Below, piece by piece: positions 1 to 12,830 of a stretch of DNA of 64,000 nucleotides. The number at the start of each line of letters is the position of its first letter. Positions within the stretch are counted from its first letter, which is position 1. This DNA comes from Vicugna vicugna. Lineage: Eukaryota. The notes below the pieces were generated by a model. It did not search any database and was not told where the DNA came from. It saw only the letters and a list, made by a program, of their open reading frames with translations. The stretch spans positions 2,105,319-2,169,318 of the forward strand of contig MU061579.1 in assembly GCA_013265495.1 (NCBI GenBank). Direction: 5' to 3'. Position numbers and translations under genes: made by a program.

Positions 1-2039
1 GTTCACTCTGAATTCTTCACACTTGGCTCTGAATGATTTTAAGTAATTTTCTGATGTCAAACCACCTTCAAATGGCAACTATTACTATCATTGAAGAGAT
101 TGAAAGAAAAGGAACACATGCTGAGAAGCAATTTCCCAAAGAGGAGTCATATAGATGCTTTTAATCATGGCAACATTGCTGGAATGTTTACACCCTCTTG
201 AGGCAACTTCTTTGAAAAATACAACAATTCATCTGAGTCATAAGTGCTGTTTTCCTAAAAACAGTTAGTCATGTAATCTTGTATTTTCACACCTTGTATT
301 TATTTTCTGCATTGATTATTGAAAGTGTTATAGCCCTAGTAGATAGCCTAAGAAAAATCACAATGATTTTTTTTTCCCGTACAATTTCTAATTATTTTAG
401 ATGCTTTTCATTTTTTTCTGGTGCTCTGTTTTTTTCAGCTGAGCAGCTATCCTGTGTTCTATTAACACTGGTACTTGTTATCAACCGGCTTTCAGATAAT
501 CCTGCTTAAGTGACTGGTTGATGACAGCTTTTAAGATATTGCCTCTCCAAGTTGTATTTCTATTCATGGAGGATTCTGGAAGAACAAAAAGCCCTGATGT
601 GAAGCTTTCTAATGAAGGGATTTATAGAAGACATTATCCAGAATACAGAGGAAAACATTTGGAGACAAAGCAATCCTAGTTGACTATTCTCCTGTCATTC
701 TCGGTCCCTTGAGCTCTTAAAGGTGTCGCTTCACGGTAGATCTTTGGTTTTGTGTCCAGGTGGCAGTAAAGAGTAAAGCATTCTTTATTTAGTGCCAGTC
801 CACTCAGGGTCAAATTACTTATTTCATTTTGTATGTATATATACATTTTTTTTCCTCAAAAGAGATTATATTTTAAGTCCTAGGGTAAATTTTGGCCTGG
901 AAACCTCTCACCCTGAGAGATAACAGGCTAATAACTCCCATTTAGGTGATAATTTTTTAAAAATTCAAATTCTAAATTATATTTCTCGAATATATGTATC
1001 TTCTCGAAGTATTAAATAAGAAGTAGCAGGCAGAGGGTCACTTTTTTTTTAATGTCCCTGTCAAACCTTGTGATAAAAAGATCCTGAAAAAAGGTTATTT
1101 ACTGGAAGAACAATCAGACTGATTTTTCTGGAAATTAGCTTCAGTTGTGAGGCCTATGGCATGAAGGGAGAGCAGATGGGTAGAAGTTCTAGAGGGTGTC
1201 ACCGGGCAGCTAGCCTTGGTTGCAGTCTCTCCCTTTGCGTTTTGGTATCTCTGTTTCCTTGTGTTTTTTGCTACCAACTTTTCCAGTCTCCTGAGACCTT
1301 ATTTTCAGTAACTATTGTTGAAATTCAGCCATTTACTTTCTACAAAATCTTGCAGAATCTCTTTATAATTCTCTCTGGACAATGGTTTAAGCTAGTACAT
1401 AAGTTGGGATCTTCTACTGAGAGCGTATTTACACTGGTGAATATTAGTGGGTTAATATGTTAATATCACTACCAGCTATTTGTAAAAGCTGGAAATTGAC
1501 TTGATGCAAGAACAGTCCAGCTAGCAATGGTCATTTCAATTATCTAAGTTTGGCTAATGGAAGATCTTTTTTTCTTTTTTCTTCCTTCTTTCCTTCCTTC
1601 TTTCTTTCTCAAGTTTTTGATTGGGTAGAGTCTAGTAAACCATAAATAGATGTTTGAGGATTTTTATCACTGGGTCTTTTATACCACTGTTATCATGGTG
1701 AATTCTTCCGTGAATCAGAATAGAGCAGTATAATTAATCATTTGAACAGGATTTATGATGTGTCTTAATCCTTCAAGTATTTTAATGCATTTTTGAATTA
1801 TTCTCCATTATGGCAATTTATATTGTGGTTTTTAAAAAGGTGTTGGCTAAAACCATTTATGTAATGATCAAATGTTTTAATACCCTTTGCATAGTTAATG
1901 TTGAACTCTGTCTAAGAAAATGGAGGTGTGGTGGTACTACACAACTAGGAAGCTTTAATTTATGTCCTAAGGGGTGTTGGTTAATGCATCTAACCATCAT
2001 TTTCCGTTTTCCAAGGGTCTCCAGGCCTTATTTTAGTCA

Positions 2040-2559
2040 TGAATTAGTTTCCTATTGCTCTTGTACCAAATTATCATGAACATAGTGACTTAAACAACAG
2101 TCATTTATTTCTCATACCTCTGATGGTCAGAAGTCAGAAATGGTTCTCCTCTGGCTAGAATCAACGTATTGGCAGGGATGTGGGGTTTTTTTGTTTGTTT
2201 TTTTTTTTTTTTTTTTTTTTTTTTTGGAGAGTTGGGGAAGAATCTATTTTCTTGCCTTTTCCAGTTTCCAGAGACTGCCTGCATTATTTGGCTCTTGACT
2301 CTTGCATCTTCAAAGCCAGCAATGGTAGGTAGGTAACCTTCTGGCTCCCTGCTCCTCTCTCTTACACACTGAAAGGTATTGTAATTACATTGGACTCATT
2401 TGGATAATCCAGTAAAAATCTCTTTATTTTATGATCAATTTATTAGAAATTGATTCCATCTGGACTGTTAATTCCCTTTGCCATGCAAGGTAACATATTC
2501 ATAAATGCCCAGAATTACGATGTGGACATCTTTGTAGGGGCATTATTCTGCTCACTACA
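2040..2559 (-). mobile_element. MaLR solo LTR, MLT1D-like, near full length
   Basis: The reverse complement begins TGTAGTGAGCAGAATAATGCCCC..AAAGATGTCCACATC..AATATGTTACCTTGCATGGCAAAGGGAATT and ends GGAAACTAATTCA (TG...CA termini). This matches the MLT1D consensus as I recall it. Confidence 0.85.
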
Positions 2560-3034
2560 GGTCTGACAGGCAAACATTCTAAATATTTGATAACCACATT
2601 TTATAAACCACAAAATATTATTTGGGCAGTCTCCAGTTTGACTTTTTTTCCCCCTGTGAAATCTCAACAATTTATCTTATCACCAGATAGATATTTTATT
2701 ATTATCTCTACTGGATCTTACTTTTCCCTCAAAAGAATTTGTATTTGAAAAAGCTTAAGGATAGAAAAAGCTACAGTGATTTTTTTTTCTGTAAGATAAA
2801 CTTTTATATATAAAGCCATCAAATCTTTTAAGATGTGACCAGTGATATGATTTCATGATTTCACTCTCAACTTTAATAAGAGTTTATAACCGCAGTAACT
2901 TTTTAAACTAGTTTTTATTTAACTTAAGTACCTATTATGTGCAAATACTATAGTTGTTGTTAGATGGGGTCTGAATGACTTGCTCAACCAGAGGCAGCAA
3001 AGAGGTGAGACTAGCTTTCAGGCTGAATATATCT

Positions 3035-3160
3035 GATTCCTCTTTGGGTTTCAATATCCTAATCTGTAATCTGGGAATAGTGGTGTCTCATGAAGGGGTG
3101 TTATGAGGATTAAATGAAATAATGGAGACACAGATCCTGGGACACACAGGAACTCAACCA
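3035..3160 (+). mobile_element. MIR SINE fragment
   Basis: MIR core/tail motifs: 'ctaatctgtaa..tgggaatag', 'gttatgaggattaaatgaaataat', 'cctgggacaca'. Confidence 0.65.
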
Positions 3161-4221
3161 AGGATAGTATCCTTACTCTCCAGGACTTGGCCTGACAGTG
3201 ATACCGCTAGAAGGGTAGCATGATGGCGGGGCTGTCTTGAGGGCAGTAAAATGTAATTCTATCTGGCAGTAGTCATAATTCCTCTCTTTCTAACTGCCAG
3301 GGCTTATGATTTGTTTTATTTCAGGAGTCCATACTAATTGTGATCGGACTACTAGGTATCAACAGGGGAAAGGATATGTTTTGATTTAGAAAAGACCATT
3401 CAGTCATAGCTTACTGAAAAGCATTCAGTTTAGTCCTGTGTGAAGTTTCACTGGAGACTGTAAATCCAAGATAATGTCCCCCTATGAAAGAAACATAAAT
3501 AAATAAATAAATGTTGACTCTGGAGAAAAGATTTGGTCTCACCAATTCTCATCAATCAGTGTTCCCTGAGATAAAAGGAAATGTTACCTGTTGCTCCTTT
3601 GATATCTGAACTTCTTCTGGCACGTATATGCTGACAGCACTTTGTTCCTGAAAGTCTGATAGCAGTTTGTTTCTCTTTGTCTGAATGAGCAGATTTCAGT
3701 AAGGCCAGATTCTCTACAAAAGGAGAGGAAAGGTAGAAACAGTCTCTACAATTCTGAAATGCATTAAACGTCTTTCTTACTTTAACATCAAATGATCAAA
3801 TATATAAGCATGCCTGGAGTTATTCTATATTTCCATTGTAATTCTGGTAGGAATTTTTGTAGAAGGGGCTCAGAATACATTATCTTTCAAGAGGGTTCCA
3901 ATTGTCAATACAGCAGGCCTGCAACATTATTCTTCTAATGGGTAGAAAAAGAGATAATAGGTGACTAACTATATCACTCACGCTTACTGTAGTGCCCGAA
4001 GAATTCCACCATGACTTTTGCATTTGAGAGGAAACACAACGGCCCTGATGATGAAACACTGGAATTTAGGCAAGTAGTAATAAAAGGAAGTTTAGTTCAG
4101 TAAATTGTTATAAGGCCAGTATGAAATGAGATTATGATTTGCATATAAAAAATTCTGTACATACCATTATTACTCTGTAGAATTTTTAGGTGCATGTTTC
4201 TTAGTTGCTGTGTCTATGGGT

Positions 4222-4345
4222 GTCATTTTCTCATCTGTAAAGATAAGTATTCTAATAATATCTATTTATAGAATTGTGGGGCTCAAGTATAAATAAGTAG
4301 GTGAAAGTAATCTATAAACTGTAAATTGCTGTATGGAGGTTATTT
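4222..4345 (+). mobile_element. MIR-family SINE fragment
   Basis: 'ttttctcatctgtaaa...aataatatctatttatagaattgtg' core followed by a tail-like segment. Confidence 0.6.
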
Positions 4346-4462
4346 ATATCTATTGGGTAGATGCCAGGGAAGCTGCTAAACATTATACAAGGCACAAGGA
4401 AGCTACTCACAACATAGAAGTGTGATGCACAAAATGTCAATAATACCAAAGTAGAGCCCCTG
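4346..4462 (+). mobile_element. MER20 (hAT-Charlie), 3' half
   Basis: 'atctattgggtagatgccagggaagctgctaaacat..tacaaggcaca...caaaatgtcaataatacc' resembles the MER20 3' half. Confidence 0.75.
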
Positions 4463-5054
4463 GCCTATAGTGAGTAATAGCCACTCTCCCACCTCTAGGC
4501 TGAAGGTGGTAAGAGGAGAGGGAAGTTAATGGAATCACAAAGGAGAAGGATTTGGAGAGGGCTGCCCAAAGTGGCCGCAGAAGCTGGGAGTCAAGGAATA
4601 AATACTCTGACCTCTTTCTTCTCTCTCTTTTTAGTCTGGGTCTGGAATCCCCACTGGTCAAACCTGGCTCTAAGCCAGAGGGAAAGGGATCCTGTGAATG
4701 TAATCTATGTTGGTCAACCTCCTGAGTGTTAGACATGATCAAATGGATAAGATGAGGGTGGGCAGAACAGGTGCATAGGTTGGGGGTGAGAAATTGAAAA
4801 TATTTATCCCCAACCATGACTCACTGTCTCTAATTAATATTCAGCTCTGTGAGTCCACAAGGAAACAATGTCTGTGGATAGGTTCATCTATATGCAGAGA
4901 GAAAAGTCAATCATGGGTTCAAATTTGAAGAGAAGGAAAATTCAGAAATACATCTGTAAATTAATTCTTTCCTAGAGATAGTTTGTGTTTGTTCATGGTA
5001 GTAAAACATAGTAAGGATCTGCATGTATCTTTTTCTACTATATGCCTTTGTCTA

Positions 5055-5345
5055 TTTATGTCCATTCATTAATTTACCAGGTTACTGAGAGTGTGCTGAG
5101 TGCCTGGTACTGGTCCAAGTACAGAAGATACAAAAAATGGATACCAAATGGTGCCACTCTGGAAGCAGCTTTGGATGTAGGAGGAAAGACAGTTATAAAG
5201 CAAATCACTGCAACACTTGGAGCATTTACGTATGAAGTAGTATGGGAGACAGAGGAGGTACTAGCTGGGATGTAGAAAGGCCTTGTAGAAAGTGACCTTG
5301 ACAGAATCTCGAAGGTCAGGTAGGTGTTTTCTGGACAGAAAAATA
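5055..5345 (-). mobile_element. L2 LINE 3' fragment
   Basis: 'ccattcatt...ttactgagagtg..gtgcctggtactggtccaagtacagaagataca' is the typical antisense L2 3' end. Confidence 0.6.
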
Positions 5346-5921
5346 GGATTAGTTAGTCAAGAGTTGGAGATGTCCTTTGTGGTGGAGTGGAAACAGCGAT
5401 AAGGTATTCTGTTTCCAAGGACTTCGTGTTCCATGCAGAGATATTGGAACTATAACTACAAAGTAGACGAGAATCATAGGATATATGGGCAATGTTCTTG
5501 CAAATTTGACTTTTTTTTTTTTTAATTTCCAACTTCGGTGCCCTTGTGTGGTATGAGCCACTCAGAATTTTGTCTTTAAATTGAAATCTTTAAAAATAAT
5601 ATTAAACTTGATGCTGTACCAATTCAGTTACTTCTGAGTAAGCTTAATTTAGTGAAGATTTTACTGGGGCATTTTGATGTTCAAAAGTGATAGCACTTAA
5701 TAAATGTTCTTTGCTGGGCTATTCTGATTAAAGTGTCAGAGGATCAAAGATCTCAGCCATGTTTTGAGAGTAAGAGTCCCTCTTCTGTTTCTCAACTATA
5801 AATGTTCCTTAAATCCTCACATACATGCTGAGAAATATTTTTATATCATTATCTTCTAGAAATAATCATAGTTGGGGGACAGACTTTTTAAAAGTTTGTA
5901 AGCTAAATAATTGAGACTCAA

Positions 5922-5986
5922 AAAATTATTTTAATTGAAATATAGTCAATTACAATATGTCAATTTCTGGTGTACAACATAATGTT
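5922..5986 (-). mobile_element. Extremely 5'-truncated L1 (3' terminus only) with 11-bp TSD
   Basis: The reverse complement 'acattatgttgtacaccagaaattgacatattgtaattgactatatttcaattaaaa' resembles a cetartiodactyl L1 3' end. It is flanked by the direct repeat TTGAGACTCAA at 5911-5921 and 5987-5997. Confidence 0.8.
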
Positions 5987-8564
5987 TTGAGACTCAAGTT
6001 TTATACTATGTGGATGCACCTAAATTTGATGCTATTTAAATATAAATACACATACATTTTCCTTGGTCTCTATAAGATTTATTAATCATTGTGTGCCCCT
6101 CAATACATTTCCAAACCAAGGGATCGAAGCCAGCAGTGACGAACTAGCAGCAACTACCTGGTGTCTCTTCTCTTTAGTTTTGAACCTGAAGCTTGAAGGG
6201 AAATGTCATTATAATTGAGTAGTTAGCCTTAATATTTCCACTTCTCAAAATAATGAAGCTATCTTTTGATCTGAATATGAGAAGTGTTAAAAACACAAGT
6301 AAATATTAGAAGATGTGGAGACTTCTTTTCCTACTGACACTTTCTGCAAACCTTCCTGAGTGGGCGTCTTTCAGTGAAGGTCAGAATCTTGGTGATTACT
6401 GGTGGCTGCAGAAGCTGGTGATGGAACTTTGACCCTGATTCTTAGACAACCAGTCTCTTGTCTTCCTCATCCCTTTAGGTTTCTTGTTTTGGGGTGAAAA
6501 TCCCTGGAAATAAATGGGACAGATTTTATGAATAAAAGTTTTTTGCCCCACATACACTATTGGTATTTAAATAAATGGCAATTCAATTTCCAAGTAAGTA
6601 AATGTATTACTGTAACCCAATTAAAAATATTAGGCTTCAAAATGGGAGCATTTGAACTTGGTGTCATGGATTTTGGGAAGTTCTGAAAGGAATGAGAAGC
6701 ATTGAGATTCCAGGAATCTTTGATTAAATTACGTTAATGAAAGTGGAAGAGTTCTCAGCTGGCTGGTATGGAAGATGAAACACCACAAATGTCAGCATCG
6801 TGTCTGGCGACTCTTCGAGTCATTATAAACAGTAATGGGCAGTATAAAAGACAAGGTCAAAGCATTTCTCTTAACTCTTCCATACAGATTATTTTTATTT
6901 CTGGTACATATCTCATTTCCCTTCACGTATCTTTAACTGTAAAGAGAGAGAGAACGTTTACAATTCTTTTATTGGTAAGGAAACAGAATGAAAATCCCCC
7001 AGTTTATATGCAGTTGCTGTGAACTGTATTTTTCTAAGTGGTAATGTGGTTAAGTTAGCAGTTTTCTAAGAAGTATGTTTTCACATAAATTGCAAATTTT
7101 GCTGAGTTGATACATGAAGGTGCGTTGTAGGCAAACTTGAGACGTTGCTTCAAGTAGGCACTTAACATAGGCAGATTGTTAAGAGCTCACCATGCAAGAT
7201 GGTGTGCCACGTGCCATACAATCTATGGATTTTTGGCACAGGGCTCATACTAAGTTTGAGCCGGGCTTCCATGGCAATGCCTATTTTTAGGCTCTGTTAG
7301 AGGACAAACTGACTCTTCTATCATTCAACAAGTACTTATTAAACACCTACACTCTTGGACTCTGCTCTTGTTCTCATGTTGCATCTTAATTTAGAATGAA
7401 GATATAAAGGTTTTTACATATGTGATGGATTTTTAAAAATTGCAAAGTAGCCTCTTCCAAGTATTCCTCCCAAAGGAGTAGTTACCAATAATTTCTGATT
7501 TCACTGTGGACATAAATAAGGAACTGTGTTGGAAAATAAATCATTTTGTCTGTAATTTAAAATAAGGTTTGAATTGTGTTTGATTACCGTGAAGTGTATC
7601 GATAAAACCTTGATTTTTGTCTGCAAAGTGTTACTGATCATAGAAACTACCAAAAATAACAGCATAGTGGGTTTCTGAAATACGTTTTCATAAGATACAT
7701 TGAATCTCTATACACACCCTTGTCAAATTGGAGTCAAGTTGGACAATCAGAGTTAGCTTAAAATTAAGCCTCCTCCAGCAGTTAGCCCTGTTGCGTCCAC
7801 TCAGAGCCATCAAGGTATCCTGCAGATACTCCCATGGTTTTTCTCGAAGGAGGAGGCAGTAGTAGAAAGGGTTACTATTATTCTCTACCATGACTCATTA
7901 GAACATGTCCTGAAATAAGTGTAGCTCCATATCAGGCAGGCAGCAAAGCATTCCCAAGTCATTTATCAGATGAAAAGGAAGGAGGCTGTCAAATTCAAGC
8001 ATCCCTGGTAATGTGAGCAAAAAAAGTGTCACTTTATTATTTTCCCTTTCTTCTATAGAAAACATGATATGTTGATTTATTTTAGATTGTTTAGGGTCTA
8101 AGGTATTTTATGGTTGCAAAAGTTATGAATTAAAGGTCCTAAATTGTAAGGTGTTAGGGATGAAATTCACATCCAATGTGGGAGATATTAGTTGGAAACA
8201 ATAAATCTTGTCAGGCTCAAGGTACTTTCATTGCTGTAAAAAAAAAAATGAAGGTCATAAGATAATACTATTCAGGGAAATATGTAAGACATTTAAAGAG
8301 ATTCATCATTTTTCATATGACATACAGATACCCTTTTAAAAGATTTCAGTATTTTATCTTTGATTTGATTTGGTATTTAAATATTTTAAGTCAACTCTTG
8401 AGAAACCGATATATATTTTTTGACATATCTAATTGCATAGTTTAACAAATGGACGGGTGGTCAAGGTTTCTGGTGAGTGTCTATAATTGTTTGGTGGTGT
8501 TCAGATGGCTTCAGTGATTTTATTGTTAATCATATTCAAGGAAATCCACACTGACAGAGGTTCT

Positions 8565-8760
8565 TCTGTATACTAGACACTGTGCTAGGTGTGTTTAGGC
8601 TGATTAGGGCATTTCATTCTCAGGGTGCCGATGGATATTGTTTTTCTGTTGGCTTTCTCAGTTAAAGAAGCTGAAGCTCAAGCTTTGATAACCTGCCTGA
8701 GATTGTCTAGTTAATCAGAGGTAGAGCTGGACCGGAACCCACGGCTCTGTGACTTCGCAG
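8565..8760 (-). mobile_element. MIR SINE fragment(s)
   Basis: 'agacactgtgctaggtg' and 'gaagctgaagctca..taacctgcctgagat..agttaatcagaggtagagctgg..gaaccca..ctgtgacttc'. Confidence 0.65.
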
Positions 8761-9329
8761 ATTCTTCTCTCGAAGATTAGTCACTAGTCTCACCCAGCAT
8801 CTCACAAGATTTGTGCTTTTCTGTAATATTAATGAGGGAGCAAAGGCTCAAATGTGCTTGACCTTAGAAATGTAAACAACCTTAGTGTTTAAAATCCCGG
8901 GTGCATTTCTATTTTTGAATAAGTAGGCTTCTGAAAGCTGCACGTACAAATTTATTTTCTGAAAGCTTAGAGGAAGCTACTGCTTTTTTCATATATTGAT
9001 GGTGGCCGGAGGTGATACATAGATTTGGTTCTGTCTGTAATTGTTTACATCTAGAGAAGTTTGTATGTGAAAGGTTGTTGTAAACAAGTTCTTGTTGGGC
9101 CCTGAAAGCTCCTTTCACTTCCCTGTACTCCTTCCTCACTGCTGCTTACAGGAAAAAAAAAAAGAGGCCTCTAGTCCTGAACCCTCAAAACATCTTTGTC
9201 TCCTAAGTTATTTTCTCAACAAATAAAACCTTCAGTCGCATCCCACAGGATAAAGTGAGGACCAATGAGTAGCGCAAAAAGATTCTTAGCAAATGAATGA
9301 ATCCATCTCTGTTTCTTGATTTATTTCCC

Positions 9330-9718
9330 AAGTTCACTCTGCTACAGCCACACTAAACTGCCGTTTGCCCTGTGAACGTTCCCTTTATCTGCTCCATGCC
9401 TTTGTGCATTCCCTTTTCTCTGTCTGAACTGTCCTTCGATCCTGCTCCATTCCTCTGAAACACACGTATATTTCATGACTTAATGACTCAGCTCAAATGT
9501 CATTTCCTATGCAGAGCTTTCCCTACCTCTCAGAGTGTTCTGTTTTCTTGCTTTTTGTCTTTGTTCACATATGCTAATCACTTTGCATTGTAATTCACTT
9601 TTTGTACGCCTATTCCTGCAATAATGTGACCTTCTTAGGAAAAAGGATTATACCTAATTTATTATTGAATATCCGGTGTCCTATACATAGTGGATTCTCA
9701 AGAAAAGCTTGTAGAACA
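9330..9718 (+). mobile_element. L2 LINE 3' region
   Basis: 'ctctgctacagccacact', 'gcctttgtgcat', 'ctcagctcaaatgtcatttcct..cagagctttcccta', tail 'catagtggattctcaagaaa'. Confidence 0.7.
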
Positions 9719-9749
9719 GTTTCAGTGGTCAAATTAACAAATGTAAACA

Positions 9750-9935
9750 GCAAACTTTTGTTTAATATGTATTTAACATGCTCTGTGCCAGGCAGTGGTC
9801 ACGGCACTGGGATATGGCAAAGAACGGCACTGATAAAACTCACTGCTATCGTTGCTGTCACATCTACGGGAGGGATGCGGATAATTAATGATATAAATAA
9901 GGAAAGCCTAAGATAGGATGGTGGCAAATGCTGCG
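9750..9935 (-). mobile_element. L2 LINE 3' end, tail-to-tail with the preceding copy
   Basis: 'tatttaacatgctctgtgccaggcagtggtc..ggcactgggatatggca'. Confidence 0.65.
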
Positions 9936-10385
9936 AAAAAAACGCTGATACAAGAGATGTCGAGGATGAGAGCGTTCTTCCTTATGGACCGTTCAGTACA
10001 GCAATCATTCTGTGTATTTTCTGTCCTGATTCCTTGTTGCAATTTTACAGTTGCTTTGAAGCCATACTTCTTTTACGGTAAAACAGACAATATAGAATTT
10101 CTAGAACTGAGTGGATCTGCTTTTAGGAAATTCTAAAAGTAAAAGTTCTTTGAAAGACAAAAGAAACCCAATCAAGCAGCCAAGTTTATGCTAATCTGTG
10201 TTCTATAGAGAAAGATAAAGTTCCTATTTTTCTAGGCAGTCAAAAAATGGAACTTGAATGTTAAATTATTGGATGCCAGAGGTTTGTCTTTATATGAAAA
10301 AAATTGTAAAAATGCTTTGTTATCTTAGCTACAATTTTATTAAAATACAAATAAATACATTAAATATACAAAAGATACAGTGTGT

Positions 10386-10452
10386 TTTATATTTATATAT
10401 TATAATATATAATTAATATATATAACTAATATATATACATAATTTATATACA
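10386..10452. repeat. AT-rich (TA)n-like low-complexity tract
   Basis: 'ttatatttatatattataatatataattaatatatataactaatatatatacataatttatata'. Confidence 0.7.
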
Positions 10453-12087
10453 TCATAGATTTCAAAGCATTTTCTATAATACTATGACCTAATTTAACTG
10501 AAATATTTTTAAAATAATGAGTAAATGCTAGGTTATATCAGAAAGCACATCATTGTATTTGTCATACACAGATCTGCATTCTAAGAACAAATCTATCCTA
10601 CATATTATTTTTTGGTCGTAAACCCATGTGCTTCAAAAACCTAAGGTTGTATTTCTCTTTATGTTTCTGTTGGTTTGATTTCCACTCTCCAGTTCCCCCA
10701 TAATGAAACTTAGGCCTATCTTTTCATTAAACTTCCTTTACAATATTGGTATCACCTCTTTACGTTGGAACTAGATGGACACAGTATATATACACACATG
10801 GATACATGTTTCTTATTACTGAAAAGAAAAAAAAAGACCTCAAGAACCATGCTAGTTAAGCTTCAGTTTCCATTGTTTCCTTCTTAAGGTCAATATCCTG
10901 CAGCGTTTCTACATATTTGTGGGTCTTTTCTTGCCAAAATTTCTCCCACAATATGTTTCGTAACTCTTACTGAAGACATTAAAAGAGAAGAAGAGAGAAA
11001 TGGGAGAAGAGGGACTTCGGCTGCCCAAAACACTCATCAGCATTAGCTTTCTGCCACCTCTCCTGCTGCCTCCTTCCTGCTCGCAGCCTCCTTGGAGTTG
11101 TGACATTTTCCCCCCAGGATTCTTCTTTCTTTGTCCCAAGTCTTGTCTCGCTTTGCAGGGATGTAAGGGATGTGGGCTATGGTCAGACTGTTTCACAGAG
11201 AATCTGCTGTTTCTCCTCCTGATCAGTGATTGTCTCTCCTTGCTGATGGCTTGTGGTTGTATAACAGTATTTGGAAATTGAAGGTGTTCTACGTCTAAAG
11301 TAAATTACTAATGGTCTTTTTCTTTTTTATTAATTCACAGGAAAAAATAATGCATGCATTTTTTTCTCAGTTTAGATTTATCTTCTGTACATTTTGCTTC
11401 TGCTTCTGTTGCCTCTTACCACTTCTTGGCTGGATCTGGCATGTGGCAGAATAAAACATGAGGTTGAATAAACAATCAACCAGCAAACTTTTGTTATACT
11501 ATCAATGGAAACATTGAGCCCCTTTTTCCAGTAACAGATATGCTTGTTACATGATTTTAGAGTGAGCAAGTTTAATATACTGATTTTTATGTATGTAAAC
11601 TTTTCTTTATTCTTAATTAGATTAAATGTATTAAATCCTTCCCTGTACCATGATGTTCCTCAAAGGACAGTTGACACTGATGAGCCCTCCACCAAGCACG
11701 TGTGAGAACCACAAACTAGTAAAGCATCCATCCTTTCATTTTGACTCTTGTCTCCTTCTGCAGCTCAACTGTGTGTCTTAGGGAGGTATATCTAGGAGTG
11801 GATCATGTTGGGTCATACAAGGTGCTTCTTCCTCGTCATCCTTTTGGTTGTTCAACTCTACTTGTGTAACAAGGTGTCCGCAAGTTCCCCTTAACCCTGA
11901 GGTTGACCATTTGGCTGGGTGCTTGCCTAAAGGAACTGCTGTCTATTTAATAGGCACCTTTTAATTGTATCAAACTACACTCTCATTTGACACTAAGTAG
12001 AAATAATCAAATCTTTCAGGACAGTCAGATCAGTAGTCCAGATGAGGCTGGATGCTTGGCAGCATCTAATATGTGAAGATCTAGGGA

Positions 12088-12224
12088 AATAGTTTTGAAA
12101 TTTTTGCCTGCAGAAGATTCACTGGAGGAGCTTTTAGGAAGTGCAGTTCTGCTTCTGTTACTTCAGGGATGGGCCAGATACCTACATTTTTAAAAAGCAC
12201 CCTGGGTCATTCTTATGGAAAATA
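12088..12224. mobile_element. MER5-like hAT-Charlie element, probably interrupted by MER33
   Basis: 'gcagaagattcactggaggagctttt', 'gggatgggccaga..ctacatttttaaaaagcaccctgggtcattcttatg'. Confidence 0.55.
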
Positions 12225-12232
12225 CTTTATAG

Positions 12233-12558
12233 CAGCACTATCCAATATAAATATAATACAAACCACACATGTAATTTTACATTTTCTAGTAGGCACAAAA
12301 ATATAGTAAGAAAAACAGATGAAATTAATTTTAATTATGTATTTTATTTAACCCCATATATCCTAAATACTATGATTCAATATTTAATCAATATAAAATT
12401 GTTAATGAGATATTTTTCATTCCTTTCGTTAAAAAATTGAATCTTCAAAATCTGGTGTGTATTTTGCAGTGACGGTGCATCCTCTCAGTTTGGACTAGCC
12501 TTGTTGCAAGTACTGAGTAACCATATGGAGCTAGTGACTACCACATCGGACAACACAG
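12233..12558 (+). mobile_element. MER33 (hAT-Charlie), full length with 8-bp TSD
   Basis: Begins CAGCACTATCCAATATAAATATAAT and ends GCTAGTGACTACCACATCGGACAACACAG. Flanks are CTTTATAG (12225-12232) and CTTTAGAG (12559-12566), 7/8 identical, which is the hAT TSD length. Confidence 0.85.
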
Positions 12559-12624
12559 CTTTAGAGAATTACTTTCAAATCTAGTGAATAAGCTCACGAT
12601 GCTAAATAAACACATGCTTTCTTT

Positions 12625-12830
12625 TGTGCTTATCGTGTGCTTGGCACTAAGCTAAGTTCTTAAAATGCATCATGTTGTAAAATCCAGGGAACAGGAATAT
12701 GAGGTAGGTGTGCTGTTTTATCTACTTGGTAGGAAAAAACACAGGCTCTAGAGAGGGATATGTCCAAAATCGTACAGCGAGTGGGAGACGAAACAGGTCG
12801 ACACGTCCTCAGAGCACACGGGCTAACTGC
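12625..12830 (-). mobile_element. MIR SINE
   Basis: 'gtgcttggcactaagctaag', 'atgaggtaggtg', 'aaacacaggctctagagagg..tgtccaaaatcgtacagcgagt'. Confidence 0.7.

Noticed and set aside
3325..3355. 31-nt exon-like segment (tttcag|...TAG|gtatca)
   Set aside because: Mediocre donor, not frame-preserving, and no other support; such pairs are expected by chance in 64 kb.
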